Assembly: GCF_006345805.1 (NCBI RefSeq)
Contig: NC_043004.1
Span: 74,214,001 to 74,278,000 of the forward strand
Source: Octopus sinensis
Taxonomy: Eukaryota
DNA length: 64,000 bases
Direction: 5' to 3'
Below are positions 37,320 through 48,463 of the stretch, piece after piece (position 1 is the stretch's first letter; each line of letters opens with the position of its first letter). Both the position numbers and the translations under genes were made by a program. Under the pieces are notes generated by a model. That model was not told the origin of the DNA and did no database searches. It saw only the letters and a list, made by a program, of their open reading frames with translations.

Positions 37320-39540
37320 AAGTCTGACTAAAGAAGACTTCAAAAGTAATTTTTTGGCCACTTTCCTTGAAAAAGGAAGACGTTTCGCATCGTGGTTTTA
37401 TAAACTAAATGCAGAAAAATGGTTTATCCCACAATGACATTCATGCTAACATGGTTGCTACATGTGTGGATTACTCTCTAGCTTCATCAACGGTGCAAAA
37501 GTGAGTAGCTGAATTTAGGAGGGGAAGGGTGTGACTTGAAGATAACCAAAGGTCCAGACGTCCTGCAACTACGACGCCAAAAAAAACATTGACCATGTAT
37601 GTATACTACGTGTTGCAGGATGACAGGTGACTGACTATAAATCAAACAGCTAATAGTTTTATTCCGTGAGAGAGTTGAGTATATTCTGCACAATAACCAT
37701 GGCATGCTCGGTGCATGCTAGTTTTATCCCGGTGGTCATATTACGATGAAATCTAACATTTAGACACATCCAGTTGGCTTCCATAAATGTTTCCTAACCT
37801 ATGTTAGGTGTTGGCTTCATCACTTTGAACCAGAGACAAAGAGACAATCCATGCAAAAGGAACACCCATGCTCACATGCCACAAAGAAGGCCAAGGTTGT
37901 TTCGTCTGCAGAGAAGATAGTCGTCTCGGATTTTGAGAATAGAAAAGGTACTGCGTTTATTGACTATCTTGAAAAGGGTCTCACTGTCAATGGAGAGTAT
38001 TACGTGATCTTGCTGCAGAAGTTACGAAACGCTACCAAGATCAAACGTCCAGGAAAACTGACGAAAAGGAGAATAATCTTTTCATCGGAACAATGCTCCA
38101 GCACACAAGTCCTTCGTTTCAATGGCTGTTGAGCATGACTGTGGCTTTGAACTACGAGGGGCGTTCAATAAGTAATGCCCCTGACCCACTTCCCATAGCA
38201 GTAGAGCAACGAAACTTGGCACAGTTATTAGTCTTTTTCTACATAGCAACCACCCAGAGATACACATTTCTCCCATTGTTTGATGCAGCTCTGGAGACCG
38301 TTTTTGTAGAAGACCCCAGCTTGGTCCTCCAACCTGAACGTGACTTCAGAAATCAAGGCTGCATCATCTGGGAAACGCTTTGCTTTCAAAAACAACTTCA
38401 TGATTGGGAAGAGGTGAAAATCAGAGGGTGCAAGGTCAGGAAAGTAGGGGGATGGGGGAGGAGTTCATAGCCATACGCCTGTGCTTCTGATATGGCGACA
38501 AGCGAGTTGTGGACCGGAGCGTTGTCCTGCAGGAGGAGGATGTCTTTGCTGATCTTGCCCCACCTCTTGTTTTTGATAGCTTCTCTTAATTTCCTCAAAA
38601 GTGAAGCATAATAGGCTCCTGCAATTGTGGTACCCTTTGCCAAGAAATCTGTCATCACTACTCCGTCCTGGTCCCAGAAGACTGTGAGCATGACCTTGCC
38701 AGCGGAGGGCTGCACCCATGCCTTCTTTGGAGGGGGTGAGTCACGGTGCTTCCACTGCATTGACTGGGCTTTGGTCTCTGGATCATCGTGATGGACCCAG
38801 GTTTCATCCTGTGTAATCAGTCTTTTGAAAGATTTTGACTCATCTTCTTGGCACATCTCCAAATTCACCCTCGAGCACTCGACGCGTTCTTGCTTCTGGA
38901 AAGGCGTGAGCAACCTGGGAATCAATCTGGCAGACACCTTTTGCATATGCAAATGGTCATGAATGATAGTTTCCACAGACCCGGTACTAATCTTGACCTC
39001 ATGGGCTATTAGCGAATAATTATGCGTCGATCTTCCAAAATGGCAGCCTCAACTTGACGGACAGATGCCTCATCAATGGCAGAAGGGGCAACCAGATCTG
39101 GGAGCTGTTTCCACAGAGTTCCGACCATGTTTGAATTCACGATGCCAGCGTTTTACAAGGTCATATGATGGGGCATCATCACCATAAGTTACTTTCATTT
39201 CATCAAAAGTCTCCCGTGGTGTGCGTCCTTTCAAATACAAAAACCGGATCACTGCTCGACACTCAACAGGCTCCATTTCACACTTGACTCGGTTCAAACA
39301 CCTGTAAATCAGAAACCACAATTAATTCAGAGCTGTAATTTGCCACTTACTCTATAGAGATATAAATGATTGCACATGCAAAATTTCCAACAACTGCAAG
39401 TGGGTCAGAGGCATTACTTATTGAACGTCCCTCGTACTTGATCGCCTCCCAAATCTCATTGACTTGGCCCTATCTGACTATCATCTTTTCCCCGAGTAAA
39501 ATCTACTTTGCTGGAAATTAGTATTGCAGTGATGATGACG
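37320..39540 (+). mobile_element. Old mariner remnant (family 2) split by the copy-3 insertion
   Basis: Homolog of 18480-19380, interrupted at GAAC-TA (38153) and resuming at 39437. Confidence 0.8.
38153..39436 (-). mobile_element. Full-length mariner element copy 3, nested in an older mariner
   Basis: TIRs with TA duplication; ORF fragments 38398-38976 (QDETW, QDNAP) and 39073-39321. Confidence 0.95.
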
Positions 39541-40239
39541 TTATGTCTGTTGTTGCAACTAGTTACATTTGAAATCTTCTTGAAGGGTCAGACATCAGTT
39601 TATCTGGAAAGACACAGAGCAGCTATTAAGAAGAAGGGCATCAATTAAAGCGCACAAGATTTCACAGCTCTAGCATCTCTCCATCGTAATAATCCTTTGA
39701 AATTTTCAGCCCCATCCCCTCAAAGTAAATTTGTCCCAGTTGACCAATCTCTATTGAAATATGTGTGAGTATTTTACCGATTATAGAAACGTATGAATAT
39801 CCTAAACTTAATTCCTTTCATCTGCTTTTGTATGTGGAAACTTTTATATGAAGTAGATATATATTTCACCTGATAGATTTTCATACAGTCTAACACAATA
39901 ATCACATGAAGTTAAGCATCCTTTAAAAGTCGTTGATAACCATTCACACCAGATTTCTCAGCTGCATAGACGAATATCCGCTTACACAAATTTATGCAAT
40001 CAAACATATGGACACATGCACATACATATCTGTACGTATACATTCATATGCACGTATGTGAAGGTGGGTGTGTGTGCATAATTTTGTCTTAATAAACGCC
40101 TGCTGAAAAGTTTACCTTACCTTTTCAATTCATGTCGGCTTCCCGGTTTCATAAATATTTTTCAAAATTTTTTATCAGTGGCCAGCATATTAAAATACCT
40201 CTTGAGGTGAAAATTATAAACAATTATAAATAAGTGTAA

Positions 40240-41050
40240 ATGGAAAATTCTATGCCAGTATTCTGAAAAAATAGACTATACTCTCGCGGCGTCCAACAAC
40301 ATCAGAGACTTGGGAGTAATTGTGGACAACAACGTAAGCTGGGCCACTCATATAAACACCAAAGTTGACATGGCCCGCAGAATGTGTTCCTGGATTCTCA
40401 GAACTTTCCAGTCGAGAGATATCCACACCATTATCCTTCTCTTCTCCACTTTTGCCCGACCCCACCTTGAATACTGTTGTCCACTGTGGTCTCCCCACAC
40501 AATACAAGGTATCATAAAAGTTGAAGCACCTCAAAGGGCAATCACAAAAAAGATAGATGGCATGACAGGCCTCGACTATTGGGGTCGGCTAGAAAAGCTA
40601 AAACTCTATTCTCTCCAACGTCCTCGTGAGCGCTACATCATCTGCATGATGTGGAAAATATTCCATCAGCATTGCCCAATGATGTTGGCATCACCTTTAA
40701 GGTACATCCAAGGCTTGGGCCCCGTGCAATCCGCCCAAAACAAAATCGCACTCTCATCTCATAACAACAATACGGCACAATTATTTCACCTCAATTGGCC
40801 CCGCTCTCTTTAACATTACACCAAAACACATTAAAACAGAAACTGACCCTATAGGGTTCAAGAAGTCTTTGGACAGATTCCTTCAAGAAATCCCGGATAA
40901 ACCCCCTACACCCGGATATGTCTCTGTAAACAATAACTCTCTACTTGAGTGGGCCATAGTGCCCAAATTCTGACTTGAAAGACTTCACCAGGTGGTGCTA
41001 TTAAGTTAGACATGGCCTGGGCCAATAATGGCCGAAACCTATCAAAGTAT
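40240..41050 (+). mobile_element. Diverged subfamily copy of the CR1/L2-type LINE 3' part
   Basis: ORF 40310-40813 reads RPHLEYCCPLWSP..LEKLKLYSLQR. The 3' end GGTGGTGCTATTAAGTTAGACATGGCC is shared with 13461 and 21119. Confidence 0.9.
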
Positions 41051-42010
41051 CAAAGTATATATATATACATATATAATGTGTTTTATATATATGTATACAT
41101 TTATGTATATATATATACATATTGCACCTTCACATGTTTACTTAACTTATACATACAACCACACAGACTTATATACATGTATGTTTCTATATATTTATAT
41201 GTGTGTGTGTGTGTGCAGGGGCTACGGGCTGCATTTGGCCCCTTTTCGCGTCTCATTTTTCAAAACCAACTTGATGTATTTGGTGAACAGTCGACGGCGA
41301 CGAAGAGCATGAATCCTAAATTTGTAGCTGAGCAAAAGTTACCTGCCATGCAGGACTAAAACACTGGAAGCGATTTACTTACAGCATGACGATTTGCACC
41401 GGGTGAAATAAGGCCGACATCATGAATGCTGCTCAGTGCACTGAGAACACTGTAAAGACAAAAGACGTGAGATAGCCAGCTGCAACGAAGACTACGAAAC
41501 TGTGACCAACAAGATGGAGTGGGGTACACCACAGACTTTTTCACTGTTTCCACATCCCGAAATTCAACCGACATCTCTGAACAGAGTGTTACTTTCTATT
41601 CAGATGGTTATAAGAAGCTACTAAAAGTTGTGGTCAAATCCTGTCTAGAAATGATTGCTGCGTAAGAGCTGTGTGGCAGCAGGATTCGATTCCTTGTCAT
41701 ATTTTCGGAAAGAAGCAGAAGAGTTGTCGGAGAACTTCTACGACTTTGCTCGCTCCAAATCCTTGCCTTGTACTTCCGCTCACCATCATGCCATAAATTA
41801 CTATGTGGGCGGAGGGGGAGTGATTTAGAAAGACATTGACCATTCTGCCTGTAACACAACAAAGGTCATGCTTCTGGTCAAGATCAAGAAGCTCGAAATT
41901 CCCTGTGCTCAAAGATCTTTTCGGGGACATAATGAGGAACGCATGCACTAGGCTCCGGAACTGTCTTGAGACCGTGATGGACGCTGATGATTGCTATATT
42001 GAGTCAAGAA

Positions 42011-42600
42011 CGGTGAGCTGGCAGAACCGTTAGCACGCCGGGCGAACAGCTTAGCGGTATTTCGTCTGCCGTTACGTTCTGAGTTCAAATTCCATCGAGG
42101 TCGACTTTGCCTTTCATCCTTTCGGGGTCGATTAAATAAGTACCAGTTACGCACTGGGGTTGATATAATCGATTTAATCCGTTTGCCTGTCCTTGTCTTT
42201 CCCCTCTGTGTTTAGCCCCTTGTGGGTAGTAAAGAAATAGGTATTTCGTCAACCGCTACGTTCTGAGTTCAAATTCCGCCGAGATCGACTTTGCCTTTCA
42301 TCCTTTCGGGATCGATTAAATAAGTACCAGTTCCGCACTGGGGTCGATATAATCGACTTAATCCGTTTGTCTGTCCCAGTTTGTCCCCTCTGTGTTTCGC
42401 CCCTTGTGGATAGTAAAGAAATAAGTATTTCGTCTGCCGTTACGCTCTGAGTGCGCCGAGGTCGATTTTGCCTTTCATCCTTTCGGGATCGATTAAATAA
42501 TTACCAGTTCCGCACTGGGGTTGATCTAATCGACTTAATCCCTTTGTCTGTCCTTGTCCCCTCTATGTTTAGCCTCCTGTGGGCAATAAAGAAATATATA
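42011..42600 (+). mobile_element. SINE with one head and three tandem body units of about 180 bp
   Basis: GGTGAGCTGGCAGAACCGTTAGCACGCCGGG head, then GTATTTCGTC..GTAAAGAAATA repeated at about 42057, 42241 and 42425. Confidence 0.85.
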
Positions 42601-43429
42601 TTGAGTCGATTGTTATCTCCCAGCCACATTTCACTTGATATCTTTTTTAATACTTTCATTTGTGAATGAGAGACTGTTTCCTTTTCAATTTATGCAAACT
42701 GTTAAGTTAACACGAATACCATTACATGCGCGCGAGCTCACACACACATATGCATACATACATACATACATACATACATACATACATACATACATACATA
42801 CATACATACATACATACATACATACATACATACTTGCGTTTTCTTATCTCATCGGTATTGCAGAGCAGTTTTCGTCGGTGGTGGTTTTGTTAGATTCAGG
42901 CATAATCGTGTTCGCGAAATTCCACGTAGTATAAGAAATATCTTTGAAATCCACTTTGGATAATGCTACGTTGGAATAATCCTACGTTCTCTTATAATGG
43001 TAGAAATAAACCAGTTACCGATTTATGCTGAGAGTCGGCATAAATGTTTAAAGGAACGTTCAAAAATTATATTTTTAAACGGCTATCTACACCTACACGT
43101 TTGAACTCAGAACATAACGGCAGACGAAATACGGTTACGCATTTCGCCCGGGGTGCTAACGTTTCTGCCAGCTCGCGCCTAAATACAATTTGTAAGTGAA
43201 ACAGTAAAACTCTGCAAGATTTTGCACAAGTATAAACTGTAAATTTTTTTTATCTACAAGGCGGTGCTCCAGCATGGCCACAGTCACATGACTGAAACAA
43301 ATAAAAGAATGCAAAAGACAGAGCGTTGTATCTTTATTAGAAATCACCTCTTCCTTCAGAGGAAAATTTTAAATGATAAAATAGAGAAGATACGTACATA
43401 CATACATAAATTCGTACATACCTAAGTAT

Positions 43430-43454
43430 ACATGTATGTATGTATGTATGTATG

Positions 43455-43488
<34 letters not shown>

Positions 43489-43546
43489 TGTATGTATGTA
43501 TGTATGTATGTATGTATGTATGTATGTATGTATGTATGTATGTATG

Positions 43547-43580
<34 letters not shown>

Positions 43581-43582
43581 TG

Positions 43583-43616
<34 letters not shown>

Positions 43617-43871
43617 TGTATGAATGAATGTATGTATGTATGAATGCATGTATGTATGTATGTATGTATGTATGTATGCATATATGTATTATGCATGTAT
43701 GTATGTATGTATGTATGTGTGTGTGTATGTATGTTTGTATGTATATATGTTTGTATGTATGTATGTGTGTACGTATGTATATATGTATGTTTGTGTGTAT
43801 GTATGTATGTGTGTATGTATGTGTGTATGTATATATGTATGTATATATGTATGTATATGTATATATGTATG

Positions 43872-43902
<31 letters not shown>

Positions 43903-43907
43903 GTATG

Positions 43908-43939
<32 letters not shown>

Positions 43940-43947
43940 TGTATGTA
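43430..43947. repeat. Long compound (TATG)n microsatellite
   Basis: About 520 bp of TATG/TGTA variants; further tracts at 7562-7640, 42750-42835 and 44880-45110. Confidence 0.95.
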
Positions 43948-44880
43948 GAAAAGCGCCTCTAGAGTCGGCGAGACATATGCAGAAAGACAAAGATAAAGGT
44001 GTACAAGGCATGTGTGCTCCCTTCTCTTCTCTATGCCTGCGAAACGTGGGTCACATATCGATACCACCTTAAACGACTGGAACGTTTCCATCAGATGTGT
44101 CTCAGACGGATCTATGGCATTAAGTGGAAGGACCTCATCAGTGATCTTGAAATATTGGAAGGCTCTCGGTGTGAAAGTATAGAAGCTCTTGTGTTAAAGC
44201 AAAGGCTCAAATGGAGTGGTCATCTGGTCAGAATGAAGGATTCAAGGATGCCAAAACAACTCTTTTATGGAGAACGTCCTCCACATAAACCAAAAAAGAG
44301 GTATAAGGACTTGCTGAAGGCTTCCTTAAGAGATGCTTGAATCTATCCTGACACATGGGAAGGCATAGCTATTGAGCATAGCAGGTGAAGAAGGATTGTG
44401 CACGAGCGGACAGCCACTTTTTGAGAAATCTCGAGTTGCACATGAGAAAGTAAGGAAGGATGTTAGGAAGGGCATCACTGTTACACTTCTAGAAGGGAAG
44501 GGTCTTCCTTTGATGCTGACATGCAGTCTCTGTGCAAGACCCTGTCTCAGTAAAGCTGGACTCATGAGTCATCTTCGCAGTCATAAAACGAGACAGATGA
44601 GTGACAACCTGGCCACTGCTGTGGTGTAACACACCATACTAATCATATCTGTCGGGCATGTGGAAGAGAGTGTAATTCGGCAGGAGGACTTAAACGACAT
44701 GCAAAGGTACATGAAGCCCAGTTACAACTACAGCCGGCTATTACCAGTAAAGGTAATTGCCAATTCTGTACAAAACATTGTAGATCTTTGGCTGGGCTAA
44801 AAAGTCACATTCGATCACAGCACCAGTAACAGTTAAGCTTCGTGCAATGGCCATACTCGATAACGAGGAGGCAGCCATAA
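43948..44880 (+). mobile_element. RTE-clade LINE 3' end with three C2H2 zinc fingers, followed by (TATG)n
   Basis: VYKACVLPSLLYACETW..WSGHLVRM..PKQLFYGE, then CSLC..HLRSH, CRAC..HAKVH and CQFC..HIRSQH (stop at 44829). Confidence 0.85.
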
Positions 44881-45331
44881 TGTATGTATGTATGTATGTA
44901 TGTATGTATGTATGTATGTATGTATGTATGTATGTATGTATGTATGTATGCATGTATCAATATATGTATGAATGAATGTATGTATATATGTATGCCTGTA
45001 ACTGCATATGTATGTATTATGTATGTATGTATGTATTATGTATGTATGTATGTATGTATGTATGTATGTATGTATGTATGTATGTATGTATGTATGTATG
45101 TATGTATGTGCGTGCATATATAGATACAGATTTGAGAAGAAAATTACTTTCTTTGAATGTTCACATTATATGAAAGTAGATTTCTAATTTAATTTTTTCT
45201 CTAAAATATGTGAATTAATATGGATGTGATGTGTGGATATTTGACCAAGCGACTCTTTCTTGTTTTCCACTTTCCAAACGCATGTGTTGTAAGGTTTACT
45301 GATAACATTTATTTATTTTCTTCATTTACAG

Positions 45332-45573
45332 CAGTGCAGTCTTTTCATCCATGGTATTACTGTTATCCTGGAGGTTGGTATAATTCACTGACTCACCTCT
45401 GTTGCAGCAACGGCATCGTGGTTAAAGGTCCGAATAATGCCTGCTGTGGAACAACCCCTTTTATTTACCCAACTCAAAGATGTTGTGGATCGCAAGTATA
45501 CCCAGTGGGTAATTTGAATCACTGTTGTTATGATGTTCATTGGCCTGGTTATATCCATTATTACTTATGTTAA
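45332..45573 (+). CDS. Gene B exon 2: galaxin-like di-cysteine repeat peptide (A)VQSFHPWYYCYPGGWYNSLTHLCCSNGIVVKGPNNACCGTTPFIYPTQRCCGSQVYPVGNLNHCCYDVHWPGYIHYYLC*
   Basis: TTTACAG acceptor, phase matches exon 1. Four CC pairs spaced by 11-12 residues; AATAAA at 45858. Confidence 0.9.
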
Positions 45574-46442
45574 CAACTGATTCTTGAATTGTCTAAGAAT
45601 GTAAAGTGCCAATTTTCTCAATACTGTCCCAGTAATTCAATGACTTATATAATAAAATTCTTTATGTAAATTATTAATTTTAAAAATGTAATAAATGAGG
45701 CTATTATTAATGTAAGGTATATGAAATGCTGTTGACGCTAACTTTGAAACCGTTTTTAATGTATCACATAAAACGCTGTAAAACATTTAGTTAACTTCCT
45801 CTCGTTAATCAAAGATAATTCGTTTAAATTTTGAAAGAATCATCGTATAGAAAATTTAATAAATGAGTATCATGAATCATATTAAATTTTGTTTGTTCTT
45901 CTCTATCCTTTAATAAGACAAACTCTAATTGACTACAAGACCGATAAGTTATATGTATTGAAATCAAAGCATTATTTCACATCCACATATCTTTGAAACT
46001 GTGGTTACCCTTCCCTAAATTCAACACAAAAATGAAACATTTTTGCAAAATATATAATACGGTTGTGCATGTACAAATATGCGTGGCACCTTGGTCAAGT
46101 GTCTTCTACTATAGCCGCGAGCTAACCAAAGCCTTCTAAGTAGATTTGGTAGACAAAGCTGAAAGAACGACATATATATATATAATTGAATAAGGGTAGA
46201 AATTGATATTAATCAATTAAAACCAGTGGCCTAGCATATTTAAAAAAACGAAGATTAAAATAATTTTTTGCATACAAAATTTAAAGGACTGACCACTAAA
46301 AGTGGACGGTCAATATGCTAGATATAGACGTCAAAATCGCTATTTTCCACGAAGAATGTGTTTTCCCGAAAAAACTCAGCACAAAACCAAAGTGTAAAAA
46401 ATAAGCAAGACAAATGAAAATATACGAAATAAATACGATTAC

Positions 46443-46517
46443 CTCTGTACCGATCAGTTTCGCTTGTTAATATTCACGTATATGTATACGCGAAAATCTG
46501 CAAGCTCATCAGCATAG
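46443..46517 (-). ncRNA. Type I hammerhead ribozyme (left arm)
   Basis: CUAUG-CUGAUGA-GCUUG..CAAGC-GAAA-CUGAUCGG-UA-CAGAG. Confidence 0.8.
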
Positions 46518-46985
46518 TCTGTCGTTTACAAACATAATTTCCAGAACTAGATACAAAACGTTTGACCGGAGTCCTGCATGCATAGAGTTCAACAAATTAT
46601 ATTTATGTGTATCCTTTAAATTATATTTATGTGTATCCTTCAAATGCCTTCACTTTGGCGCGCTGAGATCGGAAATCCACCCTGCAGTTAATAAACTACA
46701 GCAGTCAACTTACCGGTTAGAGAACATTTTTTTATTATTCAAAATTGAATAAGGGCAGAAACTGATATTAATCAATTAAAACCAGTGGCCTAGCATATTA
46801 AAAAAATCCGAAGATTAAAATAATTGCAGGGTAGATTTCCGATCTCAGCATGCCAAAGTGAAGGCATTTGAAGGATACACATAAATATAATTTAAAGGAT
46901 ACACATAAATATAATTTGTTGAACTCTATGCATGCAGGACTCCGGTCAAACGTTTTGTATCTAGTTCTGGAAATTATGTTTGTAA

Positions 46986-47076
46986 ACGACAGACTATGCT
47001 GATGAGCTTGCAGATTTTCACGTATGCATATACGTGAATATTAACAAGCGAAACTGATCGGTACAGAGGTAATCGT
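46986..47076 (+). ncRNA. Type I hammerhead ribozyme (right arm)
   Basis: ACGA-caga-CUAUG-CUGAUGA-GCUUG[..UUCACGUAU gcau AUACGUGAA..]CAAGC-GAAA-CUGAUCGG-UA-CAGAG-guaa-UCGU. Predicted cleavage after 47063. Confidence 0.82.
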
Positions 47077-47234
47077 ATTTATTTCGTATATTTTCATTTG
47101 TCTTGCTTATTTTTTACACTTTGGTTTTGTGCTGAGTTTTTTCGGGAAAACACATTCTTCGTGGAAAATAGCGATTTTGACGTCTATATCTAGCATATTG
47201 ACCGTCCACTTTTAGTGGTCAGTCCTTTAAATTT

Positions 47235-47267
<33 letters not shown>

Positions 47268-47268
<1 letters not shown>

Positions 47269-48075
47269 CTAGCAGCATTGCCCGGCGTTGCCCGAGTATG
47301 TAAGAGCCCCTAGTAGGCAACGACTAATCCCAATCTAGTCCTTTCCCTCTAGGGAACAAAGGCGCATGTGTAGGTTGCAATGTCTTCTCTTCACTCCCAA
47401 ATAACTATCAAACAGCTATCGATAATTCAACCCAACCAATTCCTACCAGGAAGAAATTACATTCGAGAATTTACCCCCAACACCGCCACTTCTGCTAATA
47501 GCTGCTGCAGCCGCAACTTATTCGAATACTTTTTTTGTTTACACTTTCTTTATAACTACCACCTCAAACGTTTTACCTTAAATTTTTGACGTACCCTAAG
47601 GGTCCTCGGACGCTACTTGCAAACTCTTGGTTTATTATAAACCGCTTTTGTCGTGTGCATCAAAAAACCTTTTCCATTCGTTTGTTCAGTTTGGTCACTT
47701 TTGACTTTTTCGTTGTTGTCACTCACATTGCTGCCCGCTTTTTTGCTGTTTTTGTACATTTTTATACATTTTGGGATACTTACCCCACGTGTTCCGAAAG
47801 TTAAAAAGGTCGAGTTGCGTCCCCTAGACAGTCTGTAGAAAATGTGTTGCATATAAAAAGCTTAGATTCTCGACCCATGTCGAATTTATCGATTTTTTTC
47901 AGAACCAGGGGAACTTTTCAAAATTTTCGCTGCGTTAGTTTTGAATTATGACATTGGGCTATGTGTGTGTCAAGTTTCATCAGAATCGGTTGAAAGCCGT
48001 GGTCAGGGTGAGGGTACAACCTGACAGACACACAAACACACAGACAGATAAGCTGCCGTTTATATATAGAGAGAT
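47268..48075 (+). mobile_element. Non-autonomous Helitron/Helentron-like element
   Basis: Starts ACTAGCAG..CCCGGCGTTGCCCG within (TA)n and ends with GACAGACA..TTTATATATAGAGAT. A related element lies on the minus strand at about 50414-50811. Class assigned from end motifs only. Confidence 0.5.
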
Positions 48076-48250
48076 ATAAATGTATGTGCGTATTTGTATA
48101 TATTAGTGTGTCTTTGTTTATCGGCCTACCATCGCTTGACAACCTATCTTCACGTCCCTGTATCTTAGCAGATCGGCGAAAAGGTTAAATAACTGTAGAA
48201 CTAGAAATGTAGTTTACAGCATAAGATGCATAGAAGGTCTTTTTAAAGAC

Positions 48251-48463
48251 ATGAACATGACATACAAAAGGGAGACATCTAGGAGCATTGCAGAACGACT
48301 AAATGAACATTTGAGACAAATGGCGACAAAGAAATTGTCCTCCATACTCTACCAACAGGCCAAGGACCAACATGGAGGCAACCTGGGTCGACTTGACATC
48401 CGCATCTTATCCAAGCACCCAAAGGACCCAAGACTCAGACAAAACTTCCCCAATACTAAATAG
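48251..48463 (+). mobile_element. Penelope-like GIY-YIG endonuclease remnant
   Basis: YKRETSRSIAERLNEH matches the Y.GET.R....R..EH part of GIY-YIG domains. Confidence 0.6.

Larger units (their letters stand above)
46184..47235. mobile_element. Hammerhead-bearing repeat: partial + full 559-bp monomer followed by a 411-bp inverted copy
   Basis: Direct repeat at 46186 and 46745. Arms 46276-46686 and 46825-47235; TA tracts on both flanks; homologous to 12901-13422. Confidence 0.88.

Noticed and set aside
44520-44829. Host C2H2 zinc-finger gene exon
   Set aside because: Continuous with RTE RT sequence, with stops and frameshifts and no splice sites.
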